Positions 36,935-50,257 of a stretch of 64,000 nt of DNA are shown here, piece by piece; position 1 is the first letter of the stretch; each line of letters opens with the position of its first letter. The stretch covers positions 9,176,001 to 9,240,000 of the forward strand of contig NC_090349.1 in assembly GCF_035084215.1 (NCBI RefSeq), in the 5' to 3' direction. The DNA comes from Heptranchias perlo (Eukaryota). The notes below the pieces were generated by a model. That model was not told where the DNA came from. It did not search any database and saw only the letters and a program-made list of their open reading frames with translations. Position numbers and translations under genes: made by a program.

Positions 36935-37325
36935 GTATTTATATAGCACCTTTCATGACCCAGAGAAGTCCCAAAGTGCTTCACAGGCAATGAAGTATTT
37001 TTGAAATGTAGTCACTATTGTAATAGATGCAAACATGGCAGCCAATTTGCACACTCTGAGGTTCCATAAACAGCAATTGGATAAATGACCAGATAATCTC
37101 TTTTTGGTGGTGTTGGTTAAGGAAACAATGTTGATCAGGACACCTGGAGAACTTTCCTGCTTCAAGAAGCACCACGTGAGAGAGCAGATGGGGCCTCCGT
37201 TTAACCCCATCCAAAAGACTATGCCTCCAACAATGCAGCGCTCCCTTAATACTGCACTGAGGCGCTGGAACCCGCAACCTTCCAGTTTAGAGGTAGGAGT
37301 AGAGCCACCAAACCAAGGCTGACAC
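36935..37325 (-). mobile_element. Deu-domain SINE (degraded)
   Basis: Reverse-complement similarity to 18895-19345; paralogous pieces at ~53575-53660 and ~55840-56172. Confidence 0.7.
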
Positions 37326-37328
37326 TAT

Positions 37329-37511
37329 GGGGTAGATCTTGACTTTGTGCAATAGTGTAAACGGGCGATAGCAAGTCGGCAGCTCGTTTTACACCTCTCC
37401 TGATTCTTATTGCAATTGAAGTTAATTTAAATAAAAATCAGGAGAGATGTAAAACGGGAGGTCGATTCGCTATCACCCGGCTTACATTGTCGCATAGATA
37501 GGATATACCCC
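37329..37511. mobile_element. Palindromic MITE with 3-bp TAT TSD (PIF/Harbinger-like)
   Basis: GGGGTAGAT...ATATACCCC, near-full hairpin, TAT on both sides; paralogous copy from 56177 to ~59500 is split by a CR1. Confidence 0.75.
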
Positions 37512-38099
37512 TATGAATTTTCCTAAGTTCCCTGGCGTATTAGGCCCCTAAAACAGCAATTAGTGTGGTCGACACAGGAATCTGCAGGTTACAGACAGGG
37601 ATGTGAGGTCAGGAGATACAGTATTATTAAAGGGATGGAAGACAGCTTGCTTCAAATGTTACTGCTCCGGGTGGAATCTGGCAATAGGAACGCAAAATTA
37701 TCCGAAATTTTGGGACGATCCGAATAAATGTCAGAGAGTAAATGATCTCCACAAGGTGTGTAATAATACACCGGCAGTTTGTTCGGTTTTTTTTATTGCT
37801 TTGACTTCGGGTCGTTTTTTCATTTCATTGAGCTATTTTATAGGAACAAATGAAATAGCCTATGAACAGAGCGGGAGTGTGTGCTGGAATATTTCATAAC
37901 CTGTTTTCAATGAGAATTAGTGTTCGAAATATTTGGAGATTTAACTATTTTGTTTATAGAAATTTCCATTTTCAAGACACTGGGAGAAATTGCATAGGAT
38001 TTGTGCCGTCTTTCAGGAGTTTCCGCCGAAGTTACGGCAGACGAGTGGGAGAACCGCTTCGGATTACGTACCGATTACCCCAATTCTCTGTCTCCTACC

Positions 38100-39985
38100 T
38101 CCTAACCAGTTCCTTATCCATGCCAATAGGTTGCCTCTAATTGCAGGCACTTTAATTTTTGCTAACATTCACTTGTGTGGAAACTTATCCAATGCCTCCT
38201 GGAAGGCCATATAAATAACATCCATAGACATTCCCTTATCTACCATGTCAAAAAATTCAACTAGGTTGGTGAGAAATTACTTATCCTTTACAAATCCATG
38301 CTGGCTCTCTCTGATCAGTTCATGTTTGTCCAGGTGCTCAATCACTCTGTCCCTAGTGATAGATTCGAGTAACTTCCCCGCAGCAGACGTTAGGCTAACA
38401 GGCCTATAATTTCCTGGTTATTCTCTCCCAGCCTTCTTAAATAATGGAGCGACACTGACAATTTTCGAATCCTCAACAATTCCTTAATCAAGAGAGTTTT
38501 GGAAGATCATGACTAAAGCATCTGTAACTAAGCTGAATTTTCATTTCTAATTCGCTTGTTTTATTCCTTAAGCTACGTGTATTTGTGTACAGAACGATGA
38601 TTTGGGCTACAAATCCTACTCTGCCCTTTTGCCCTGATGTTGTTTTTCTCACACTTTTTAAACTTACCACACGTCTTGATTTTCATCACTTCTATTGTAT
38701 TATCAGCTATTTTGTTATTATTTCTCAAACCTCCCTTTCCTCTCCAAAGTCCTGGAATGTGTTCTTGCCTCCCAAATCCATGCCATCTTTCCCTCAATTC
38801 CATGTTTGAAACTCTCCAATTTGGTTTCTGCCCATACCACAGCAATGAAACAACCCTAATCAAAGTCACAAATGACATCTTATGTGACTATGACCATGAT
38901 GCACTATCCCTTCTCATCAATCTCGAACTGTCTGCAGCCTTTAACATGGTTGGTCATATCATCATCCTCCAACACCTTTCCCCCGTTGTCCAGCTCAGAG
39001 GGACCACCCTCGACTGGTTCCATTATTATCTATCCAGTAGTAGCCAGAGAATCTCCGGTAATGGCTTCTCTTCTCATCCCTACAATGTTACCTCTGGAAT
39101 CCCCCACGGCTTGTAAGGTGGGGGAAGGGGATGTTAATATCGAGGCCCATGGCTTCGGTCTTCCCAATATTTAATTGAAGGAAATTTCAGCTCGTCCAGG
39201 ACTGGATGTCGGACTAGCATTCTGACAACACAAAGGTAGTGGAGGGGTTGGTGAGGTATAGCATCAGTGTACATGTGAAACCTGATGTTGGGCTTTCGGA
39301 TTATGTCACAAGTGACAGCAGGTAGATGAGAAATAGGAGGAGCCAAGCATAGATCCTTGGGGGACTCCAGAGATAACAGTGCAGGGACAAGAAGAGAAGG
39401 CATTGCAAGGGACAGTCGGGCAGAGTGAGCATTGGAATTCGCATCGCTTAAAGACTTCCCACAGTTGCAGGGCTCCATAGATTGCACACACGTGGCAAGC
39501 AGAACACCCCGACCAGCCAGGAGCATTTGTGAACCACAAGGGCTTCCGGTCCATCAATGTTCTCCACCCATAGAAAGAAGTTCATGCAGGTCTGTGCACA
39601 GTTCCTTGGGATGCCTTCATACTGCAGCGGTCACATAGCCCCAAAATGTTCATAGCTGGGACAAACCTGACAGGATGGCGCTTGGGAACAAGGGATACCG
39701 GTTGCAACCGTGGCTCATGAGGGAGTATTGTGCACAGTTCTGGTCACCACATTACAGGAAGGATGTAATTGTTCTGGAGAGAGTGCAGAGAAGATTTACA
39801 AGAATGTTGCCAGGGCTTGAAAATTGCAGCAACTAGCAAATTTCAAGCCCTGGTAGAGGCAGGGACCCTCAACTCTTTTAAAAAGTACCTGGACTTGCAC
39901 CTAAAGTGCTGTAAGATGCAAGGCTACGGACCGGGTGCTGGAAGGTGGGACTAGAATGGGCACCTGGTTGTTCTATGGTTCTATG
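38100..39985. mobile_element. Patchwork of CR1, L2 and Harbinger-transposase fragments
   Basis: CR1 (~38100-38520), L2 (QFGFCPYHSNETTLIKVTNDI, ~38760-39420), Harbinger remnant FPQLQGSIDCTHVA (~39430-39720), CR1 3' end (~39720-39985). Confidence 0.7.
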
Positions 39986-41013
39986 GGAGGCTAGATTGAC
40001 GCCCATCCATGCGGGTAGAGCTATAAACTAGAATACTGATGGAAACATCTCTTTTGCTGCATTCCACGAATTATTTGGTATCAGTGTTAGGACAGGATTT
40101 TGATTTCAACCAAAAATTACAGGATTGTGTGTGAAAGTAACACGATAAACACAAAGGGATAGGATTTCCACGGAATTTTTCCCCTGATATCTTGGGGATA
40201 TCAGGGGAAATTATATATTACTTTAAAATTGCAACCGTAAAATCTCAGCAGACTTTTATATATCGGAGCTCCAACCAGTAAAATAAAACGGACGAGTGCC
40301 GACGTCAATGCGTCCAACAACGTATTGGAGAACGTATTGGGGGAATTTTCTGTCTGAGCTCTATATGTACCGCAATCCACCTCTTTATAAACGATTTCGT
40401 GACACATAGCGTACAGAAGACATCTTTCTACTGGTGAGAAACAGTATCGGTTATCGAAAGTAAACCATAAGCTGGGTATTAGGTTCGGGACATTATGAAT
40501 CTCCGAATAATTATTGAACTCGTCATTCGAAATTAATATCCCCCAATGATCGCGTTAAAAATTTACGGTGCACCAGTAATTAAAGGAGACGCCGTTATTT
40601 TCTCTCACTCTCTATCTGCTCGTCTCTCTCTTCCTCTCTGTCTCTCTCTATCTGTCTGTCTCTCTGTGTTTGATTTTGCATATTTGCTATTTGTGCGATA
40701 CTTTCAATTATGTTTTTAAACATACAATCTATGAAACATTTCTTTTGTTCGCTGTCTCTGCTCGAAGGGAGGAAATTAATCATAGCATATAACCCATCGT
40801 TTGCCTTACGCTTTCAAAACCTGATTGTTTTATATCACTAATAAGCGAATCACTGTTTAAACTTTGGTTGAGAACTACACCTCCAATTGTATTATCTGCT
40901 TCATATTATTGTAATAATCCAAATGAGAATTGATTTGACTATCTGCTGTATAGAAGGAGAAAAATATCCTGCCGAAGTGCTTGTACAGAATGCATCAAGT
41001 AAAAGTTACTTAT

Positions 41014-41410
41014 TCAGAACAGTCAGCTTGGTGCCTTTACCGAGGTAGAGCTGCGCCACAAACCACAGTAATAGTTGGCGGCGTCCTCCGATTGAACACC
41101 ACCGATGGTTAAATATACGGCGTTGGTTCATGACTGTTTCCTTCCAGAGAATCGATCTGGAATTCCGGAACGCTTGACCTCATGGTCAAGATCTTGATAG
41201 AGTAGAAATCGAGCAGCATTCCCGGGTTTCTGCTGGTACCATCCGATGTCAGAATTTCCCAAGGTACCACCAGACACGCTGCAGCTTATTTTAACCGATC
41301 GAGCAATTTTAGAGGGTGGACTTCAAATCATCAATAACGTCAGTTTATATCTCTATACAACAAAACATTGTTCACAATGCATCCATGATGACACGGACCC
41401 ACTCGGACAT
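41014..41410 (-). pseudogene. IGLV: Germline-joined Ig light-chain L-VJ pseudogene C (paralog of A), no C exon
   Basis: ISCSVSGGTLGNSDIGWYQQKPGN..GIPDRFSGRKQS*..NYYCGLWRSS fused out of frame to LGKGTKLTVL; J donor GT>AT; deletions remove the leader donor and FR1/acceptor; octamer mutated (plus-strand ATGCAAAC near 41512). Confidence 0.93.
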
Positions 41411-42209
41411 TATGAATTGAGTCAGAAACGTCGCCAGTTTGCACGGAGATCTGGTACCCCTTGTTTTATCAATGATATGGATGAGCGCGCATTACCACGT
41501 TGTCCTCAATTATGCAAACGAACGCTGACGTTACAGTTATTATTAAGAAGGATTAACAATCCTTGGTAGCATTAATAACACCAAACAGCAAGCATTTATG
41601 TCACTGTTACAAACCCCAATTGAGCATCTATGATCGTGTTCAGGCCTTTACACCACAAGATTTCCAAACTGGAGATGGCAACATTGGATTGTAGAACCGA
41701 TCTATATTGTGATGCTGTGCACCACACGCAAGATTTATTAATATTTAGTACAAGGACGTGCTGAAAACACTGATTGTGTAAAATGTGTAAATAAGTTCTC
41801 ATTTTTGACAAAACTCAGTAGGGACATATTTTTGACCTTTCCTTTTACACATGCCACATGTAACCATATGGGTGCAATTTTAATCAGCATTTCCGCCCTC
41901 TCTAAAGACACTGCTGTCCTAAATTTCCAATGATAACGATAATCTTCATACATTTAGAAATCAATCCGTAGAAAGTCAGCTACATTGCTACAAACTGTAG
42001 CTTGATGATATTTTATCTTTACAAGGAAATATTTTTTACGACGAATTTAAAGATGTTAGCCCATTACGGTGTATTTGAGCCGTCTCTGTGGACGCGTCAG
42101 TAAAGATCTTCGCTGAAAATAAAACGATGCTTATTACCATATGATATGAATCGATTCCCTACAAATTAGGAAACGATTATTTGGCTGTAAACCGAATATT
42201 GGCACAAAG

Positions 42210-43885
42210 ACCAAGACAGTAGAAATAATAATGGGGAATAAGGAAATGGCAGAGACATTAAACAAATATTTTGTATCCGTCAACACAAAAAACATACCGG
42301 AAATAGTGGGGAACCAAGGGTCTCATGAGAGTGAGGAACTTAAAGTAACTAAGGTTAGTAAAGAAAAGGTACTGGCGCAATTAATAGGACTAAAAGCTGA
42401 CAAATCCCCTGGACCTGATGGTCTATATCCTATGGTTCTAAAACAGGTGGATGAAGAGATAGTGGATGCATTGGTTTGATCTACCATAATTCCCTAGATT
42501 CTAGATAACTCCCATAGTGGATTGGAAGGTAGCAAATGTAACCCCGCTATTCAGGAAAGGTGGGAGAGAGAAAACATGGAGCTATAGGCCAGTTAGCCTG
42601 ATATCAGTAGTTAGGAAAATGCTAGAATTATTATTAAGGAAGTGGTAACAGGGCATTTGAAAATGATAATATGATTGGGCAGAGTCAACACGATTTTATG
42701 AAAGGGAAATCGTGTTAAACAAATCTATTAGAGTTTTTTGAGGGTGTAACTAGCAAGGTAGATAAGGGGGAACCAGTGGATGTAGTATATTTGGATTTTC
42801 AAAAGGCATTCGATAAGGTGCCACAACAGACGTTGTTACACAAGATTAGAGCTCATGGGATTGGGGGTAATATATTAACAAGGATTGAGGATTGGTTAAC
42901 GGACAGAAAACAGAGAGTAGGAATAAACATGTCATTTTTGGGTTGGCGGATGAGGGGACCGAGTGTAATGTATCCAATTTTGTTGATGATGCAAATCTAG
43001 GTGGGAAAGTACACAAAGAGGCTGCAAAGAGATATAGACAGGTTAAGTGACTGGGCGAGACGGTGGCAGATGGGGTATAATGTAGGGAAATGTGAAATTA
43101 TCCACTTTGGTAGGAAGAATAGAAAAGCAGAGTAATTTTAAGAAGTGAGAAACTAAGAAATGTTGGTATTCAGAGGGTTTTCGGTGTCCTTGTACACGAA
43201 TCACAGAAAGTTAACAAGCAGGTAAAGCAAGCAATTAGGAAGGCAAATAGTATGTTAGCCATTATTGCAAGCGAGTTGGAGTATAAGAGTAAGGAGGTCT
43301 TGGTGCAATTATATAGGGCACTTGTGAGACTACACCTGGAGTACAGTTTTGGTCTCCTTACCTAAGGAGGGATGTTCTTGCTTTAAAGGGGCAACAAAGG
43401 TTCACTAGATTGATTCCTGGGATGAGAAAGTTGTCCTATGAGGAGAGATTGAGTAGAATGGCCCTATATTCTCTGGAATTTAGAAGAATGAAAGGTGACC
43501 TCATTGAAACGTATACAATTCATAGAGGGCTTGACAGGGTAGATGCTGAGAGGCTGTTTCCCTGGCTGGAGAGTCTAGAACTAGGGTCATAGTCTACCAA
43601 GATAAGGAGTTGGCCATTTAGGACCGAGATGAGGAAACATTTCTTCATTCAGAGGGTTGTGAATTTTTGTCAGTCTCTATCCCAAAAGGCTAGGGATGCT
43701 CAGTCATTGAGTCGAAGACTGAGATCGATAGTAATTTGGACACTAAGGGAATCAAGGGATATGGGGTTATGGCGAGAAAGTGGAGTTGAGGTAAAAGATC
43801 AGCCATGATCTTATCGAATGATGGAGCAGGCTCGAGGAGTCATATGGCCTACTCCTGCTCCTATTTCTTATTTTCTTATGTTCTA
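42210..43885 (+). mobile_element. CR1 LINE, 5'-truncated and degraded
   Basis: KSPGPDG and VVYLDFQKAFDKVP fragments, CR1 tail; absent at the paralogous site near 25430. Confidence 0.88.
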
Positions 43886-44384
43886 ACATGGATGTAATTA
43901 ATGGTATCAGACTGCTCTTGTTGACTTTTGAGTGATAGGGGCCTATTTTGATGAACTAATAAGGGTGACATTGGGTTACCCCAAAGTCACCAAACAAGAA
44001 TGAGCGCTACTTTTAGGGGACCACTCATAGAAGAAGAAAACATATGGTCCAATCAAACTAAGGGAAGCTCAACATAAGCAAAACAAGTTCCAACTAAAGC
44101 AAAGAGAACCTTCACTACTAAATCATAATATTGTTATCAGCGTCTATAAGACACTCCATGCCCTGTGGTGCCCACCGTTCGCAAAAGGTCTCAAGCATAC
44201 CAACAGACACCAGGCCATAGTAGAGTTTAAAAGACACCGATATGTCTTAATCACCTGAAAACAATATCTTAAAGTGAAAGCTTTAATCTAATTTATACCA
44301 CACATTGATGACTGTTTTCTTCAATGCAAACATCAGATACTTCAGCAGGAAAAATGAAACATCTGACATTGACATTATTTCTGG

Positions 44385-46655
44385 AGTGAGGGAGCACGGA
44401 GTAGCTGCTATCGACGGAGTCTGGTTTCGACAGAGTCTATAATTGGGAATTTGGTGAGTGAGGGGATTTTTAAGGGTTGATCTTTATCTAAAATTTGACT
44501 AAGTTTGGCATCAAGCATTTAACTTAAATTTAATCTTAACTTGCAGTTTTCAGTTAGTGGTAAACAAGCAGCCTGAAGTGGCAGTTGGTCACCTAATTAA
44601 TTAGGTGACTGGTTAGGACTGGTAACCTACTGTCAGCTGGGGCTGACTCAGGTGATTGGCATTCTAGTGAGCATAAATTCAGAAGGGTTTTGCTAACGCA
44701 CGGAGTAAGGGAGGAAAGAGTAGCAGCTATCGACGGGGAGTCTGGTTTCGACAGAATCTATAATTGGGAATTTGGTGAGTGAGGGGATTCGGTGCAGTAA
44801 GGGGTGAGGTGCATTTGTTTAGACAGCACAGCAGAGCAGAGCGTACCGAGAGCGGGTCACAGCAACAATAAAACAAAACTACTGTGTGACGTCACAGGTA
44901 AGGCAGGTAGGTGGTTGGTGGTGAGTATCCCTTCTGTTTTAGGACTGTGGGCTAAGTATCTTATAGCATAAAACTAAAAAAAAAAATTTTTAAACTAAAC
45001 TTACATTAGTTATAGCAAGTACTGTTTTTTAGTGAATCAAGGTCCCTAGTGTAGTTAACATTCTCCAAATTAAGAGTAATATAAAGGAGTAAACTCCTTA
45101 AAGGGAGTAACTAACGAGCTTAATCTAAGGCAAGTCATGGCAGCAGAGCTCGCACCCGTGATATGCTCCTCCTGCACTATGTGGGAAGTCATGGACACTA
45201 CAGGTGTCTCTGGCGACCATGTGTGCAGGAAGTGTGTCCAGCTGCAGCTACTGGCTAACCACATTTCAGAGCTGGAGCTGCGGGTGGATTCACCTTGGAG
45301 CATCTGCGATGCTGAGATTATAGTGGATAGCACGTTCAGTGAGGTGGTCACACCGCAGGTAAAGATTACGCAGGCAGAAAGGAAATGGGTGACCACCAGG
45401 CAGAGTAAAAGTACTAGGCAGGTAGAGCAGGAGTCCCTTGGGGCCATCTCCCTCAAACAGATATTCCGCTTTGGATATTGTTGAGGGAGATGGCTTATCA
45501 GGGGAATGCAGCAAGATCCAAGACCGTGGCACCACGAGTGACTCAGCTGCACAGGAGGGGAGGCAAAAGAATGGGAGAGCAATAGTGATAGAGGATTCCA
45601 TCATAAGGGGAACAGATAGATGTTTCTGCAGTTGCAAACGTGACTCCAGGAAGGTATGTTGCCTCCCTGGTGTTGGGGTCAAGGATGTCACAGAGCGGCT
45701 GCAGGACATTCTGAAGAGGGAGTGTGAACAGCCAGAGGTCATGGTCCATATCGGTACCAACGACATCGGTTAAAAAAAGGGATGAGGTCCTGCAAGCAGA
45801 ATATAGGGAGTTAGGAAATAAAAGCAGGACCTCTAAGGTAGTAATCTCAGGGTTACTCCCAGTGCCACGTGCCAGCGAGAGCAGAAATGGGAGAATTGAC
45901 CAGATGAATGCGTGGCTTGAGAGATGGTGTAGGTGGGAGGGGTTTAAATTCCTGAGGCATTGGGACCAATTCTGGGGAAGGCGGGACCTGTACAAGCTGG
46001 ACGGGTTGCACCCAAGCAGAACCGGGACCAATATCCTCGCGGGGGCATTTGCTAGTTCAGTTGGGGAGGGAGGTGGGAACCAAAGGGCAGGTACAGATAG
46101 GACAAATTCAGACCAGGAAATGGGAAGTAGAAAAACAGTTAGTGATGTAGTTAGCGACTTAGAAAGGCAAAAGAAGCAAACGTTAAATAGTGTTAAGCAC
46201 AGGAATTTGACGGGGTTAAAGGGTATATACTTCAATGCAAGGAGTATTACAAACAAAGCAGATGAGCTAAGGGCACAGATAGACACATGGCAGCATGATA
46301 TCATTGCTATAACGGAAACCTGGCTTAAAGAGGGGGATAATTGGCAGCTCAATATTGCTGGATATACAGTTTTCAGGCCGGATAGAGTGGGTGATAAAAA
46401 AGGATTATTGGGTAAAGAATCAATTACAGTTGTGAGAATGAATGATATGCTAACTGGATTATCAATCGAGGCCATGTGGATTGAGTTAAGAAATAAAAAA
46501 GGGGCAGTCGCACTACTAGGAGTGTACTTTAAACACCCGAATAGCGAAAGGAAGATGGAAGAACAAATATGTAGGCAAATTTCTGAGTGCAAAAATAAGG
46601 TGGCAATAATAGTGGACTTCAACTACCCTAACATCAACTGGGATTCAAACAGTGT
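44385..46655 (+). mobile_element. CR1 LINE 5' portion: 5'UTR, ORF1 (Zn finger + SGNH esterase) and start of the ORF2 endonuclease
   Basis: CSSC..HVCRKC knuckle, IVIEDSIIR (GDS-type), HIGTNDI, DGLHP; then YFNARSITNK, IAITETWL, DFNYP; frameshifted. Confidence 0.87.
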
Positions 46656-47457
46656 GGGTCCAGCCTGTGTCCAATACAGTCATGATGCCTTATGTATCAC
46701 CCCCTACCCACCCAGAGCCATCTAACCTCTTGGGACTCACGAAAAATCAGATAAAAACCCAGGCCAACTATGGGAAAAAAGCTGGAAAATTCCTCTCGGA
46801 TGCCTTTGGATGATCGAAACTAGTCCAGGAGACAATATTGATCCTGCCTAATATTACAGGGTACCTCCTTCGTGTAAGAAATGATCTACTCCCCAGCCAG
46901 ATACAGGTCCAGTTGTCTTGTAGTTAAAGAGTGAATAAGTGTTCACCTGACAAGCCGGCAATCTGTTCCTCAGGTCTATTGTTCACTGGGAAAAGAAGCA
47001 CTTATGTGCTTTATTCGCTCAGGAGGGAGAAGTGGGTGGGGTAGACTACCTGCCTGGGGAGAGGGTGAGCTGCTAATTGGGAATGGCTGCAGGATCGATG
47101 GAAAAAATGGGTCAGTCCTTGGTGGACTTCAAAGTCACAGACTGATACGAGTCGTAGTGTACTCTTTGCTTAGGAAAGTGGATAGCCATGCATGCGGCAA
47201 GAATAATAATTAGCCCACCTGGGGCTACAGCAAAACATGTTGAATAAATCTTAGAAGGGATATTTAAGGTGACAGGAAGGTACCGAGTGGTATTAGTCCA
47301 TGTAGGGGCAAATAACACAGGTAGAAATAATATAATGGCCTTTAAAGCCACAGACATGAGGATCACTTCAAAGCCCGTTGATAGTAAAAGTAATTCAATG
47401 TTCTCTGGTAGACTTTTGGCGTTTGGCAAAGGAAGTGAGTTCACCAATAAAAAAGAT

Positions 47458-47778
47458 AAGAACAAAAGAAACAGAAGCAGGAGTAGGCCATATGGCCGCT
47501 CGAGCCTACTGCACCATTCAATAAGATCATGGTTGATCTTCGACCTCAATTCCACTTTCCCGCTCGATCCCCATATCCCTCAATTCCCTTAGAGTCCAAA
47601 AATCAATCGATCTCAGCCTTGAATATACTCAACGACTGAGCATCCACAGCCCTCTGGGGTAGAGAATTCCAAAGATTCACAACCCTGTGAGTGAAGAAAT
47701 TCCTCCTCATCTCAGTCCTAAATGGCTGACCCCTTATCTTAAGACTATGCCCCCCAGTTCTAGACTCTCCAACCAAGA
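47458..47778 (-). mobile_element. CR1 3' fragment
   Basis: RRNFFTHRVVNLWNSLP plus tail; absent from the paralogous site near 31590. Confidence 0.85.
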
Positions 47779-50257
47779 GTAAATCAAAGACTGGCAACTT
47801 GGTGATTGAACCTAATGCTACCTTCATAACTAAATCAGAACATTTCTAGAGGTGTTTGCAAGTGCCTTCAGCCAAAGCTGCAGAGTGGATGATCCTACTT
47901 AGCCACCCCCTGAGAACCCCGCCACCATACATATCATTGTCCATTTAAATCGATTCACTCCATGTGAGATTAAGAAGTGGCAAAGACTATAGGCCCTGAT
48001 AACATCATAATTGCAATGCTGAAAACCTATGCACCAGAGCTAGCTGTCCCCCTAGTCAAGCTCTTCCAGTATAAATAATGAGATTTTGCAAGATGGCCGA
48101 GTTAAGTGCTGTCCAGAACAAACACAGAATAAATCTAACGCAACCAATTTACTGTCCTGTTAGCTGCCTCCCAATCATCAATAAAGTTTTGGAAGGAGCC
48201 ATTAATAGTTCCATCAAGGAACGCCTATTCAACAATTGCTGGCTCAAAATGCTCAGTTTAGGTTCCAACTGAACCATTCAGCTCTAGACTGCATCACTGC
48301 ATTGATGCAGCGACAGCTGAATGCAAGAGAAGATGTGAAAATCGCTGTCCTTGACACGAAGATAGTATTTTACTAAGCATAGCACCAAAGAGCCCTAGCA
48401 AAACCTAAGTGAAGGGCGTCAAAGGAAAACTACTCCAGTGGCTGGAGTCACACCTGACGCCAAGGAAGGTGATTGTGATTCTTGGAGTCCAGCCATCATA
48501 GTCACAGGACATCATTGCAGGTCTTCCTCAGGAAAGCATCTTCAGCCCCCCATCTTCAGCTGCTTCATCTATGGCCTTCCCTCTGTCATAAGGTCAGGAA
48601 TGAGACTGTTCGCTGCTGATTCTTTAGTGTTCATCTCCATCGGAATTCCGATAATGATGGAGCCCACATTAGCCTACATCAGGATCTGGATAACATCCAG
48701 GCTTGGGCTGACACGGCAGGTAACATTTGCAGGATAGAAAACAACTAATACCCATTACAGGCATTATACCAGTTGCTTGCCCCGGGGATTGGTGCTGGGA
48801 CCATAAGAACATAAGAAATGGGAGCAGGAGAAGGCCATACGGCCCTCGATATTTGTAAGCCATACGGCCGCTCGAGCCTGCTCCGCCACTCAATAAAACT
48901 ACTACTGCTTCTAGTTTACATCAATGACATGGTCTCAGAAACGCAGTGCAAGTTGGTACAATTTGAACATGATCAATGGAATTGGAAGAGGCAGCTCTTA
49001 AAGTACAGAATGAACTGTGTTAGTTTTAGACGTCTGAGTGAGGAGGAAAACTGGGGTAGCTTGGCCTTTTCAGCCTTCAAAGTAGACATCTGATAGGTGA
49101 TTTTATAGCGATATTTAAGATAGTGAACTATCTGGAAATGATAAAGCTGGAAAATTACTTTAAATTAAATTGAAAGTAGGATAATAGGCCACAGATTCAA
49201 CAAGATGTATTTACACATCGACTTTAACGTGAAAAAGCCACAAGGCGAATCCCAGAGGCATAATACAAATATTGAACACCAAGTCAAAGAAGTAGGTTTT
49301 AGGAGGTGTGACCAAACGTTTGGTCAAAGAGGTAGGTTTTCAGGAAAGGCTTAAAGGAGGAGTGGGAGATGGAGACGTGGAAGGGGTTAGGGAGAGAATT
49401 CAAAAGCGCAGGGCTTAGGCGTCTGAAGGCACGACTGCCAATTGTAGGAGGAGGGTACAAGATAGGGAGTGGCAAGGCCATGAAGGTATATAAATTACCT
49501 GGAGAAGCTATTATTACAGCTTGCAATGCTAAGTCAATTACGCAGCATTTGCTGGACAATAGATAGTCCAATTTGGGATATTTCTATTTGATGCGTCAAG
49601 TAATAGACGCTAACAGATGTGGACTAATTGGGGGTAATGTTGACTTTGTGCGATAGTGCAAAATGTGTGATAGCGAATCGGCAGCCTGTTTTACATTTCT
49701 CTCCATTTTTATTTCCATTGACTTCACACCTAGCCTGCTCCACTCTCTACAGCACTTGAATGTTGTGGTATGCCATTCAGTCCTTGCACAAGCACATGAC
49801 TAGAACAGCCTATAAACCACACTGACTTCTGCTAATTCCACACCAGTAGGCGCATCTCCCTGCGTAACACTGTCATTTGAGATAAGTGTTTCTTCCTGTT
49901 AAATTCTATGGAAGCCGATTGTTAGATGTCCAGTAATATTTGCTTTAAGTGTAGAGTATTCAATCCACACCCTCAACCTCGTCATCAAAGCAGTGCGTTG
50001 GAATAGTAACCTAGTAGGACTTATGCAAAATACCGTAAATTCCTTATTCATTTCTAAAGGACCATGTAATTTCAAGTACAAACCAAAATAAATCTCTAGT
50101 TTATATTGGCTCCTTTTAGGCATATGCGCAGTGTAGAATGTCATCAGACATTTAACTGGAGAACGCAATCCACAACTGCTCTAAGAGTGGATCAAATCCC
50201 CTTCCGCAACAAGTCGCAAATCAATTGTGCTTTAAGTTCCTCCGTCATAATTGACCG

